64,000 bases of DNA, taken from sequence record NZ_CP023526.1. The stretch is one strand, 5' to 3'. How positions within the stretch are numbered: position 1 is the stretch's first letter; each line of letters opens with the position of its first letter. The position numbers were made by a program, and so were the translations under genes. Of this stretch, positions 44,825-53,600 are shown one piece after another. The notes beneath the pieces were generated by a model. The model saw only the letters and a program-made list of their open reading frames with translations, was not told the origin of the DNA and did not search any database. Source of the stretch: a plasmid.

Positions 44825-46050
44825 TCAGTCTTCAAGTGATTTCTCCTTCACGATGTCCCGTTCAGCCTGGTTCATCCGGGCTGCGGACGGCGGGTCTGTC
44901 TCCGTCCCGCGCTCCTCCAGCTGCCGTTCAGCCTGTTTGTCCTGTGACAGGCGGGAGACCGAAGCTATATCCCGGTCCAGGCGCTGCTGCGCCGTCCTCT
45001 GCTCCCGTGAAAGGATGGCCGCCAGGGCTGCCACCTCGGTATCCTGGCCACCCATCTCATCCTTCAGCAGAGTAAACACCCTGTCCAACGTCGCCGGATC
45101 GGTCTTCTCCGTTTGCGGCATATTTTCTATCAGGAGGGCCGCCAGTTTCTCTGCCTCCCGCTTCGCCACCGCTTCCAGGTCCTGAAGCACCGGGATAACC
45201 GCCGTTTCGGGCGTGCTCGCCCTCACGGCCTGAGCTGACACTGCTGCCTCGTCGATAAGGTTATCCGCCCCGGTGAGCCGACTAAGGTTGTGCGGCAGGT
45301 CATCCCCTTCCAGACGCACAATCACCCCGCTGGCCGGATAGTCGCGGGCAAGTTCCAGCCCCGCAGGCAGGCTGTCGGCCACCCGCACCTCGCCGTTGCG
45401 GCTCTGCTGAATGCCGGCAAAGCGCGCATCCTCCCGACCGGTGACCCGGTGCGCCCCGGAGAACGCCTGTCCGCCGTGCTCATCCTGGGTGAGACTGAAT
45501 ATCACCATCCCCGCCCGGTTGCCGTTGGTGTCCCACAGCGCAAACCCCACGCCCGGCTCTGGCTGACGACGGGTGGCAGGGACAAACACGCCCTGCGATA
45601 CCCCCTGCGCCAGCCCGTGGCTTTTCAGCAGGGCGCGCCCGGCCGCGACGCGGTCCAGCGGTTTTGCCCAGGACAGGATACCCTCCGCCGCCCGGGCGGC
45701 GTGGTCCTCGCTCTCCTTCAGGTAGTCATGCGCCGTCCCGTCGCCTTTGTGCTTCGCCAGTTCGGCCAGCCAGCCCTCCCGGTTGTCCGTCTATAGGTGG
45801 CGATGGCGACCACCACCTCCCCAATCAGCAGCCACTTCATCAGGGAGGAGTCCTGCCCGAAGGTGCCCTTCACCGCGTCATCCCCGACCTTGAGCAGGTC
45901 TTTGGTTGCCCCGGCAAACGCTGCATGCTGCAGCACCAGGAACAGCGCGCAGGCCAGCAGGGCCATCACCAGAACGTGCGCCACCTCCCGGCGGAACACC
46001 TTTTGTTTCACGGCGGAGAAAGCGCCGCGATGACTCAGTACCACTTCCAT
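44825..46050 (-). pseudogene. Frameshifted gene for a membrane-anchored, Ala/Glu-rich protein of unknown function (two ORFs 45718-46050 and 44825-45800 in different frames)
   Basis: The upstream ORF has a TM helix (VAHVLVMALLACALFLVL). The downstream reading frame stays open upstream of its first ATG to a TAG near 45790 (TDNREGWLAELAKHKGDGTAHDYLKESEDH...), so both pieces look like one gene broken by a +1/-1 shift. Very GC-rich. Confidence 0.45.
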
Positions 46051-46131
46051 TATTGAATCCTTCTGAAACAGTGAGTTAAAACAACGTTGTTACAGCGGAC
46101 CGGGTAACCTGCCCGCTGTAAAAATGGTGTC

Positions 46132-46314
46132 TCAGGGGCGCCGTAAACCGGCCTTACCCGACGGGCACCTCGCCCGATGCTGCTCTATCTGCACCAGGAG
46201 GTCCGCGATATCGCAACTGCGGGCGAGCGCATCCCGGCACAGACGCTGGTAGCGCAGCTTCAGCGCCGAGAGGGCAATCACCGGTTCACGCCAGTGTTTT
46301 ATTTCCGGGGACAT
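46132..46314 (-). CDS. Small hypothetical protein (60 aa, MSPEIKHWREPVIALSALKLRYQRLCRDALARSCDIADLLVQIEQHRARCPSGKAGLRRP) preceded by the conserved leader repeat
   Basis: GGAGG lies 6 nt upstream of the ATG at 46314. The ORF-track version is extended upstream into the leader. Confidence 0.45.
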   Translation of the reverse strand: MSPEIKHWREPVIALSALKLRYQRLCRDALARSCDIADLLVQIEQHRARCPSGKAGLRRP

Positions 46315-46374
46315 ACGAACCTCCAGTGAAAATAAGCCGGGAGAGAAAGCCAAAATAAGAGAGAAGCCCCGCCG

Positions 46375-46500
46375 GGAAACAGGCATGCTACCGCCCCAGG
46401 GTGTCACACCTGTCGTGGGGCAGAGATGCCCCGACGGGGTTCGGGCAAAGGGAAGCCCGCCGCTTTTTCGGGAATAAAAAAGCGGGTAATGCAAAAACAC
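46375..46500 (-). promoter_or_regulatory. Conserved ~100-bp upstream leader/regulatory repeat, copy 1 (core ACGACAGGTGTGACACCCTGGGGCGGTAGCATG)
   Basis: Shared with 48368-48480 (also ...GAAAAA.C.GGCGGG.TTCC.TTTGCC.AAA...CGTCGG...). Both copies sit directly 5' of small minus-strand regulator-like genes. Confidence 0.5.
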
Positions 46501-47017
46501 GTTTTTGGGGACGGACTGCGACCGGCGTCAGCTTGTCGTGCCGACCGGGCTGAACACTACAGCGTCAGAATGTCTTGTGGATCACCAGTCAGCACAGGGA
46601 TGGTCTTCAGGCTGTGGTAGAGTCGAAGTTGCGCCTCAGCAGTGCGGGTACGTCCGGCCTTCTTCGGGCCAGCGTCAGCAGATCGCTGGCGGGCCGCATC
46701 AGCAGAATGCGGGTACTCACCGGGTTATTGGCCGGGTGCTCTGGATCGTTGATGGGTGTGGTCATAAACATTTCTCCTGGTTAGGTGGAGAAATTCTTTC
46801 ATAAAAAAACTCTTTTTTTACTTGGGCACCTGCCCAATGTGAATTTATACAGTGTTTTCTATCCCTTTAAATTAAAAGAAATTATGCCTTTTTCATAAAT
46901 GAAGATATATTTTCTATTAATTATGTTTTTGATAAATATCAATTTCTAGATCGCGGCCATCACCATAAATATCTTGATTACTACAATATGGTGGGGAACA
47001 TCCCCACCATATTGTTC

Positions 47018-47758
47018 CTATCCAAGAGGCAATAGTGTGGGCTCAGAAACAAACTGCTCAGGAATGATATTAAGCCAGCCATAGTGCCTGGAAAAGTGTA
47101 AGAGATCCTCTCTGTCAGAGAGATTAAGCTTCAGGTAGATACTACGAAGGCATTGCTCTATCGCCTGTTTGGATACTTTCATGTATTCAGCAATCCACCG
47201 GTTGGACCTGCCTGCGGCTGTTAGCCAGGCGACGACCCATTCCTTCCTTGTCAAAACAGACGCAGGTGACACCCCGGTGAATCTGCCGGAATCAATAATA
47301 TTGAGGGGGGCCTTTTTTAGTTCCGGAATAACGACCGGCAACCAGTCAACAGATTGTTCGAGGGAGGAGAGCTCCGTAAGGAAAATCAGGGTACATTTAT
47401 TCCCTTCAAGCAGAAGGGGAACCAGTCTGACGATGAATGACGTAACACCATTGATGTCATTGAAATATCCCCATGAGAAAAGAAGCGTCTCTTTCCCGGA
47501 CGCCATCGTTCGTTTTTCAAATTCATGCATCAGACTGATGTTATGCGCTGGGGCAGCAAAAACTTCCAGATCGGTCATTCCGGCAACGGAAATCACTCGG
47601 GGTAAAAAACGGGCTGAAAACGCAAGACTGGTATCCATCAAATAATGATCTGCGGATTTTATGTACCATATCCCACTGAAATTTTTATAAAAATCATAAA
47701 AATCATGATGAAATCCTTGTGATCCGGCGGTGAGATCCATAGGATCGAGAGTAGCCAT
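47018..47758 (-). CDS. LuxR-family transcriptional regulator (N-terminal ligand/sensor-like domain + C-terminal GerE-type HTH), ~247 aa
   Basis: C-terminal HTH LTRKEWVVAWLTAAGRSNRWIAEYMKVSKQAIEQCLRSIYLKLNL. AGGAGG precedes the ATG at 47758. Confidence 0.7.
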   Translation of the reverse strand: MATLDPMDLTAGSQGFHHDFYDFYKNFSGIWYIKSADHYLMDTSLAFSARFLPRVISVAGMTDLEVFAAPAHNISLMHEFEKRTMASGKETLLFSWGYFNDINGVTSFIVRLVPLLLEGNKCTLIFLTELSSLEQSVDWLPVVIPELKKAPLNIIDSGRFTGVSPASVLTRKEWVVAWLTAAGRSNRWIAEYMKVSKQAIEQCLRSIYLKLNLSDREDLLHFSRHYGWLNIIPEQFVSEPTLLPLG

Positions 47759-48016
47759 AACCATCCTCCTTAAACTGAGTGGTTTTTGGTTAGCTCGTAT
47801 GATGGGGGTCCAGCCCATCATACGAGCGCAACATGATATTTTGAGGCAGCATTATTTCGTGCTGCCCGGTCACTTTATCACAGCGATAAGATACCGCCAG
47901 GGTTATTTCTGTCCGTTGAATACTCATGTATTCCCCCCAGAATCATGCAGGTGCAGCGTTTATTTACTGCAGGCCTTGAATCGTTTATAGGCGTTGAATA
48001 ACCGTGCCCGGTAACC

Positions 48017-48322
48017 TTATTGAATAAGAGCCTGTACCAGGATCAGGTTATAAAAGCCTTTCCTGTAACAAACTGAAATAACTTCATTGTAATTTCGTAC
48101 ACCGAAAGCGATTATTAGTTCGCGCAGACAGCGATTGATCTCTCGGCCATGCAGGCCGGTCATTTCAGTCACACCGGAACGTGAAAATCCTTTCAGAAAG
48201 AAAAAGAGCACTCTCGCCTGCTCATCACTCAGGTGGTAGCCAGGATAATATGCCGTCGGCATCATCATTTTCTCTACCACCACGTCATCACGGATAAGCT
48301 CACACATTTCTTTGTAATTCAT
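48017..48322 (-). CDS. Small single-domain LuxR/GerE-type HTH regulator (101 aa)
   Basis: LSDEQARVLFFFLKGFSRSGVTEMTGLHGREINRCLRELIIAFGV fits the GerE HTH pattern. Preceded by leader-repeat copy 2. Confidence 0.6.
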   Translation of the reverse strand: MNYKEMCELIRDDVVVEKMMMPTAYYPGYHLSDEQARVLFFFLKGFSRSGVTEMTGLHGREINRCLRELIIAFGVRNYNEVISVCYRKGFYNLILVQALIQ

Positions 48323-48367
48323 GTCCTGCTCTCTGCATTACTTCCCGTTCAGCCGGGAAAGGATTAT

Positions 48368-48480
48368 TTAAAAAAAAGACATGCTACCGCCCCAGGGTGT
48401 CACACCTGTCGTGGTCCGCTGTGGGACCGACGTTTTTGGCAAAAGGAAACCCGCCGGATTTTTCGGTAAAGAAAAATTCA
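48368..48480 (-). promoter_or_regulatory. Conserved upstream leader/regulatory repeat, copy 2
   Basis: See copy 1 at 46375-46500. Confidence 0.5.
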
Positions 48481-48730
48481 GGTAACACAAAATATATTTT
48501 CAGCACCAAATTCATCGTGATGATGAATATTTTTGCATCTCTTTGAAATTAAGACTTATCGCTATTTTTCTCTCCGCTCTCAAAAGAGGGCGAAATATAC
48601 CCCTTAATTTCCCGTCAAGTAAATTGATCTACATCAATAAACTACACTGAGTGTACTGGACAACAATTTTTAAATGTGATTGGCGAAAAAAGTGTAGCCA
48701 GGTACACTTTTGGAAATGAGGTCGGACCAG

Positions 48731-49096
48731 ATGAAAGAAAACACCCACCCTGCTATCGAAGCACTCAGGGAAGAAATCCATCATCAGGGACTGACATATG
48801 AAGACATTGCGCGACAAGCACCAATGTCCCTTAACCACCTTAAAAACCTGATGAGTGGCCGCACCCGACTGCGTGTTGAAGACAGGGATGCTATCTGCCG
48901 GGCGATGAACGTCGATCCACAGGATATCTTCCTGCAACGAAAGGACTATATAGAAAACCTCTACTTCATTGATATCCGACACCTTCCGCCAGATTTGCAG
49001 GATGCCATCAGGATGATCATCGGCGACCTCACGCTGCATGCCAGACTGCTGGAGATGCATACGAAAAGGCGAAAGCGGCGCGCTATAAAGAAGTAA
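48731..49096 (+). CDS. XRE-family (Cro/C1-type) HTH DNA-binding protein, ~121 aa
   Basis: HTH LTYEDIARQAPMSLNHLKNLMSGRTRLRVEDRDAICRAMNV. GAGG lies 9 nt upstream of the ATG at 48731. The overlapping minus-strand ORF 48629-49261 has no recognisable features. Confidence 0.6.
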   Translation: MKENTHPAIEALREEIHHQGLTYEDIARQAPMSLNHLKNLMSGRTRLRVEDRDAICRAMNVDPQDIFLQRKDYIENLYFIDIRHLPPDLQDAIRMIIGDLTLHARLLEMHTKRRKRRAIKK

Positions 49097-49453
49097 TTTC
49101 CGGATACAGATGAGGGAAGCATGCCAGTGGAGGTGACTTTCTGCACGCTGGCACGCTCTGCCATTCTGGCGGCGACCAGCCGCGGAGGTCAGTTTCTCCA
49201 GGTAAATGACCTGCTTTTTCGGTAAGAAACCAACGAAATCAGAGGACAGAGAAGAAGCCATTCATTTACCCGCCCATGACCGGGTCATTGCCCGATCCAT
49301 AGCAAAACAGTAAAGTATACTACTCCATACCCTTATGACCTTTTAATGCTGATTAAAGGGCCATAAGACGCCTACATCCATCCCATTTAATCACGACAAA
49401 TGAGCATTTAAATGCACCATTCTGTATATTATACTATATAGAGAAATACTATA

Positions 49454-50110
49454 ATGCAAGAGAAGCACAATCTGATACCTCGCGATGAGGGTATGTCATT
49501 GAATAACATCGGTAAAAACCTTACCCACTTAATGCAACTGAAGGGGATCGACTCACAACAACTCAGTGACCGGATCGGGGTCGGCATCGCGACGATTAAA
49601 AATTTAAGAAGAGGCGTGGGCAACCCAACGATTTCAACCCTGCTGTCTATTGCAGATTTTTTCAATGTCAGCATCGGCGCACTAACCGATCAACTGCTGG
49701 ATGGCGATAAAACCATCAGCGCTAACAACGCCCGGGTTCTGCCACTGATAAAGTTTAATGAAACAGAAGCGTTCCTGGAAAAGAAGGTACTGCACACTGA
49801 CACTTACACAACCGAAGTAGATAATGAGGAGGATGATTCTCTCTTTGTCGTTGAAATAACCAGCAGGGTCCTCCAGCCAGAACTGGACAGAGGAACCCTC
49901 TGTGTTATATCCAGAACGGAAGAATATTATGACGGAGACATCGTTCTTCTGAAGATCAAGGACTATCCACTCTGTTTTCGCCGTATCTTCATCGGGAATG
50001 ATGGATATCAATTTTGTAATATCTCCATGGGAACCGAAATGGATATGAAACAATATACTGATTTTAAGATAATCGGCGTGATGTTAAAAAAAATAAACAG
50101 GTTGAGATAA
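49454..50110 (+). CDS. Phage-repressor-like protein: N-terminal XRE HTH + C-terminal LexA/S24-like domain lacking a clear Ser-Lys dyad
   Basis: HTH LNNIGKNLTHLMQLKGIDSQQLSDRIGVGIATIKNLRRG. C-terminal beta-rich domain VVEITSRVLQPELDRGTLCVIS..YDGDIVLLKI with no GDSM motif. Its stop abuts the next start (TAAATG). Confidence 0.6.
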   Translation: MQEKHNLIPRDEGMSLNNIGKNLTHLMQLKGIDSQQLSDRIGVGIATIKNLRRGVGNPTISTLLSIADFFNVSIGALTDQLLDGDKTISANNARVLPLIKFNETEAFLEKKVLHTDTYTTEVDNEEDDSLFVVEITSRVLQPELDRGTLCVISRTEEYYDGDIVLLKIKDYPLCFRRIFIGNDGYQFCNISMGTEMDMKQYTDFKIIGVMLKKINRLR

Positions 50111-50608
50111 ATGAAAATACTTTCAACCCTGAAGAGGTTGATTATTGATCTGTATACACCTGCATACAGCTATACTCTTGAAAGAAATAATCAGGGCGCA
50201 GAAAAGGATGTCTGGATTTTCAAAGAGTACGGGACACACTCTTTTGTAAAAAAGAGCTGGAAGCAACTCCAGGAAAGCAATTTTCTTCAGCAGGTCAATC
50301 CTAAAGACATTGCCTATATAGCAGAAGCCGAGGCAGAAAAAAAACTTGAAGAATCAAAGATGTATATAACTGAGGAGAAACGAAACAGAGTATGGGTGCT
50401 AAAAAGCTCCCAGGAAAAGCTGTCTGTCACGGGTGATGAATTTATCAATAATCCTGAACTCATTGATAAAACAGAGAGCGCTGATGCTACCCGGATAGCT
50501 TTTCATACCGGATTAAAAAAGGGGCTGCTCATTTCAGCGACTCTGCATACAGGTCAACCGGAAAAACCCCAAACAAAAGGAGGCGGAAGACTGACAATCG
50601 TTAAATGA
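50111..50608 (+). CDS. Hypothetical protein (165 aa), translationally coupled to the repressor-like gene
   Basis: The ATG immediately follows the upstream stop. No recognisable motifs. Confidence 0.45.
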   Translation: MKILSTLKRLIIDLYTPAYSYTLERNNQGAEKDVWIFKEYGTHSFVKKSWKQLQESNFLQQVNPKDIAYIAEAEAEKKLEESKMYITEEKRNRVWVLKSSQEKLSVTGDEFINNPELIDKTESADATRIAFHTGLKKGLLISATLHTGQPEKPQTKGGGRLTIVK

Positions 50609-51338
50609 TAAAGGTTTTAATAACGGGCCTGTCGGCCAGTGATATGACAGAGAATCCGCTATTCTCAACAATTTTCACACTTGTTGCCCCGTTTTCCCAC
50701 TGATGACAGACTGCAGGGGAAACCGATAATAAAATGTCTCCCGTTTTGCGTTGAAAAAGTGTATGCGCATGGCCGGAACCAATAAACCTGACGCCGTTTC
50801 TTCGACAAACGCTCAAAAGTTCGTGACCATTTAACAGCAAACACTCATCAACCAAAGGCGTACCAACGGGTAGCAGGTGATGATGCAAAAAAACAGCCGT
50901 CTTTCTGTCTGAATCACTCAGCTGACTTTCAAGTTGATTGAGTTCCTGAGGTGAAATAAGGCCATAGTCGTCCCCCTTCACTACGCTGTTAACGAACAAA
51001 ATGCGCCATTGGCTGTCGGAAAGCTGGAAAGCATCAACATTATTGATGCCCCCGTGTTGTTGATGTGCCAGTAAGACATGTTCAGCACTATCATGGTTTC
51101 CCAAAAGATAAGCATAAGGAATATCGAGCAATTCCATTTTGCTAAAAAAATAGCGATACGACTCAACACTGCCATCATGGCTGATATCGCCGCTGACGAC
51201 AATCCCGTCAACATTTAGCAGATCGCGATGCGATATGATGTATGAAACAACCGAGTCAAAAGACGCCCGGTTTTTAATCGCCGCAGCAGATGAGGTATCA
51301 GAAAAAAGATGAATATCTGTGAGCTGTAAAATACGCAT
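50601..51338 (-). CDS. Calcineurin-like metallophosphoesterase of the CpdA/Icc 3',5'-cyclic-nucleotide phosphodiesterase type (245 aa)
   Basis: Motifs in the CpdA order: MRILQLTDIHLF, VVSGDISHDG, LLGNHD, AVFLHHHLLPVG, GSGHAHT. Alignment to E. coli CpdA recalled from memory. AT-rich. Confidence 0.75.
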   Translation of the reverse strand: MRILQLTDIHLFSDTSSAAAIKNRASFDSVVSYIISHRDLLNVDGIVVSGDISHDGSVESYRYFFSKMELLDIPYAYLLGNHDSAEHVLLAHQQHGGINNVDAFQLSDSQWRILFVNSVVKGDDYGLISPQELNQLESQLSDSDRKTAVFLHHHLLPVGTPLVDECLLLNGHELLSVCRRNGVRFIGSGHAHTLFQRKTGDILLSVSPAVCHQWENGATSVKIVENSGFSVISLADRPVIKTFII

Positions 51339-51339
51339 A

Positions 51340-52038
51340 TCAACCTTCCTTTGTTTTTCTCAGCCATAAAATGGGATTATACGATTCACCCCAGTCAAAA
51401 TGATCTGTTTTTTCTATGCGTTTAACAAACGCAGCGAGTATGATAGCCAGCGGTAAAAGCACAATAGAAATGATAACCTTGTAACTCCATGTTGTAAGGA
51501 TAATATTTATTAGCTCATAAAATTTATATTTACCTGATAAGCTTATCGGATACGCAGTCAGCAGCAACGCCCCTTGAGTAATAACAGCACCCAATGTGTA
51601 TCTGATGAAAAACAGTTTCCCCGAAAACAGCATTTTCATTTTTGAGATAAAAATACCGTTAATAAAATATGATACTGGCACAGAGATCCAGGTACCGATC
51701 ATCACACGCCAGAAATCATGATACATGAGATAATATCGCCGGGAAATTTCATTATAATCCATCTGAATAATTGATGACAGATTGAGAGCAACAACGTAAA
51801 ACGTCTGACATATAACCATGATCCATATAGAACGCACTGATAATTTATAGCCATACACCTCGGTCAATATCGTAGATATTAAGAAGCATAACGAAAAAAT
51901 GACACCACTTGCCGTGATCTTAAGGTCATACACAGAGTACACCTTATAAACAAGTGTGTCGCAGGTTATCATTATTGTAACAAGCAACCCGACAAAAAAA
52001 CCATAGAGTTTAAAATCATTATTCATGTCAGCACCCAA
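51340..52038 (-). CDS. DUF165/YhhQ-family (VUT-type) membrane transporter, putative queuosine-precursor transporter homolog (232 aa)
   Basis: Multi-TM protein with YhhQ-like motifs (DLKITASGVIFSLCFLISTILTEVYG; WSYKVIISIVLLPLAIILAAFVKR). Its stop is 1 bp before the PDE gene start (operon). Confidence 0.65.
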   Translation of the reverse strand: MGADMNNDFKLYGFFVGLLVTIMITCDTLVYKVYSVYDLKITASGVIFSLCFLISTILTEVYGYKLSVRSIWIMVICQTFYVVALNLSSIIQMDYNEISRRYYLMYHDFWRVMIGTWISVPVSYFINGIFISKMKMLFSGKLFFIRYTLGAVITQGALLLTAYPISLSGKYKFYELINIILTTWSYKVIISIVLLPLAIILAAFVKRIEKTDHFDWGESYNPILWLRKTKEG

Positions 52039-52302
52039 CCAATAAACGAACTCCAGAAATCTGGTACGTTGCTATGAGGTCATTCACTTCGCACCAACCA
52101 GAGCAGATACATCCTCCTTTTATGCAGGGGGTGCATGTTATGTCTGTGTGCTAAAGCGAAAGCGTATACCCTCAATAAAATGCAGGTCGGGAAAATTTAT
52201 TGCAAGAATTAGGGTTATTAACGACTGTTATTTAAGAGAATTCTTCTGTGCAAACTTTAATTTCAAAGAATACACTTTAAAATCTTGTTGTTAAAAAAAT
52301 CA

Positions 52303-52704
52303 TCAGCCTTCAGCATCAAAAATCCGATCCAATTGCTCAGCTGAGTTTCGCCGTATTTCAGCCCTGATAGATTCAAACTGATATTCCCCACGGGATTTCA
52401 CCTCATCAATTTCGCCAACCATACGGAGGAGCATCGTCGATGCATAGCTGGTTTTCAGCATATAATCCATCAGTATCCGGTTAAAATCAGCCTGCCCTGC
52501 GTCGTTATCGGTTCTGTTTTCTTCGCCCTCAGCTTCTCTTTTCTTTTGAGCCGAATAAACACGAAGGCCAAGATCAAGAAGCATCCCGCACACCGATGAA
52601 ATATTTGCCTGGCTGACATCAGCTCCGTCATTTCTTTTTTCGTCCACTATCTGACGAACCCGCTCATAATTATTTTTATCAATGTAGACCTGTGCTCTTG
52701 GCAT
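52303..52704 (-). CDS. traM: F-like conjugative relaxosome protein TraM (133 aa)
   Basis: Clear similarity to F TraM: VYIDKNNYERVRQIVDEKRNDGADVSQANISSVCGMLLDLGLRVYSAQ vs F VNLYISNDAYEKINAIIEKRRQEGAREKDVSFSATASMLLELGLRVHEAQ. A C-terminal tetramerisation-like region is also present. Confidence 0.8.
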   Translation of the reverse strand: MPRAQVYIDKNNYERVRQIVDEKRNDGADVSQANISSVCGMLLDLGLRVYSAQKKREAEGEENRTDNDAGQADFNRILMDYMLKTSYASTMLLRMVGEIDEVKSRGEYQFESIRAEIRRNSAEQLDRIFDAEG

Positions 52705-52719
52705 GCTCTCAGCTCTCTT

Positions 52720-53000
52720 ATCTGCGCTATTTCAACGTCCGTTTACCGGTTAAAAAATGGTCTAACTCTGACACCAAAATCAGACTCTATGTCACAATTT
52801 AGCATAGAGTCTGATTTAGAGTCTAGTTACAAAACACACAATAAATTAGAGTCTAAATCAGACTATGCAATAGAGTCTGATTCAGACTCTAGTCATTATA
52901 ATTATATGTTTTTATTGCGATAGTCTGATTAGAGTCGCCAGAAGACTCTAACCAGACTCTGTTGAGGACTCCAATTAGAGTCTGATTTATTGCAAAATGC
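52720..53000 (-). promoter_or_regulatory. F-like oriT / TraM-binding-site region with multiple direct and inverted AGAGTCTGAtt / TCAGACTCT repeats
   Basis: At least 10 copies of the AGAGTCTGA core (GANTC-containing) in both orientations within ~260 bp immediately upstream of traM, as in F-like sbmA-C/oriT regions. Confidence 0.6.
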
Positions 53001-53600
53001 GTTAAGTGAACACTAATGCTTCAATATAACTTATTGTTTTAAAAGCATCTTGCAGGATTTTCAAATCCTGCGTCAGGTGTGGTAATTATCAGATCAATGA
53101 GCTGGGTCTTAAAATACCATCGTCACCTGTCTCGTTTGTGCCAGAATAATGGCGGGAATATGCCCTATCTGTATGACTTTAGTCCCTAAAATTATTAATA
53201 AAGTTAGCTGCTCATTCGCAATTGCCATTCAGCATATAAACACTAAAGCTTATCTGAAGACCCACGAAATGATATCTCGAATAATCTGATATTTCTCATT
53301 CATGTTTATATCAATGCGTTGTTAGGGAATCATTCATCCCCCGTTGTGACAAGCGTATTATCTGCCAAACTAATAATGTCGATATGTGGCCATATTTTAC
53401 AATGATGCAATAACCTGCATTTCCGCATGAAGCCGATCCCATCATAGAGGATACATAGAGATTGGAAGGTATTTTTGGGTGTTTTGGCTCAGTCCTGACA
53501 ACGGTGACCCTGCGGATGACACCACGAAATTGATAACTTATGTGGAATCCAGACCGGGTCACAACAGCACATTTTTTGACCTACACAGACAGTTATATTT

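Noticed and set aside
48629-49261. 210-aa minus-strand ORF overlapping the XRE gene
   Set aside because: No motifs, and Leu/Ser/Cys-rich composition. The plus-strand frame encodes a clean HTH domain with an RBS.
52740-53000. Regularly spaced short repeats (AGAGTCTGA) that could be mistaken for a CRISPR array or plasmid iterons
   Set aside because: The repeats are 9-11 bp, occur in both orientations with irregular spacing, and sit directly upstream of a TraM homolog, which fits TraM-binding/oriT sites. There are no CRISPR-length repeats or spacers.
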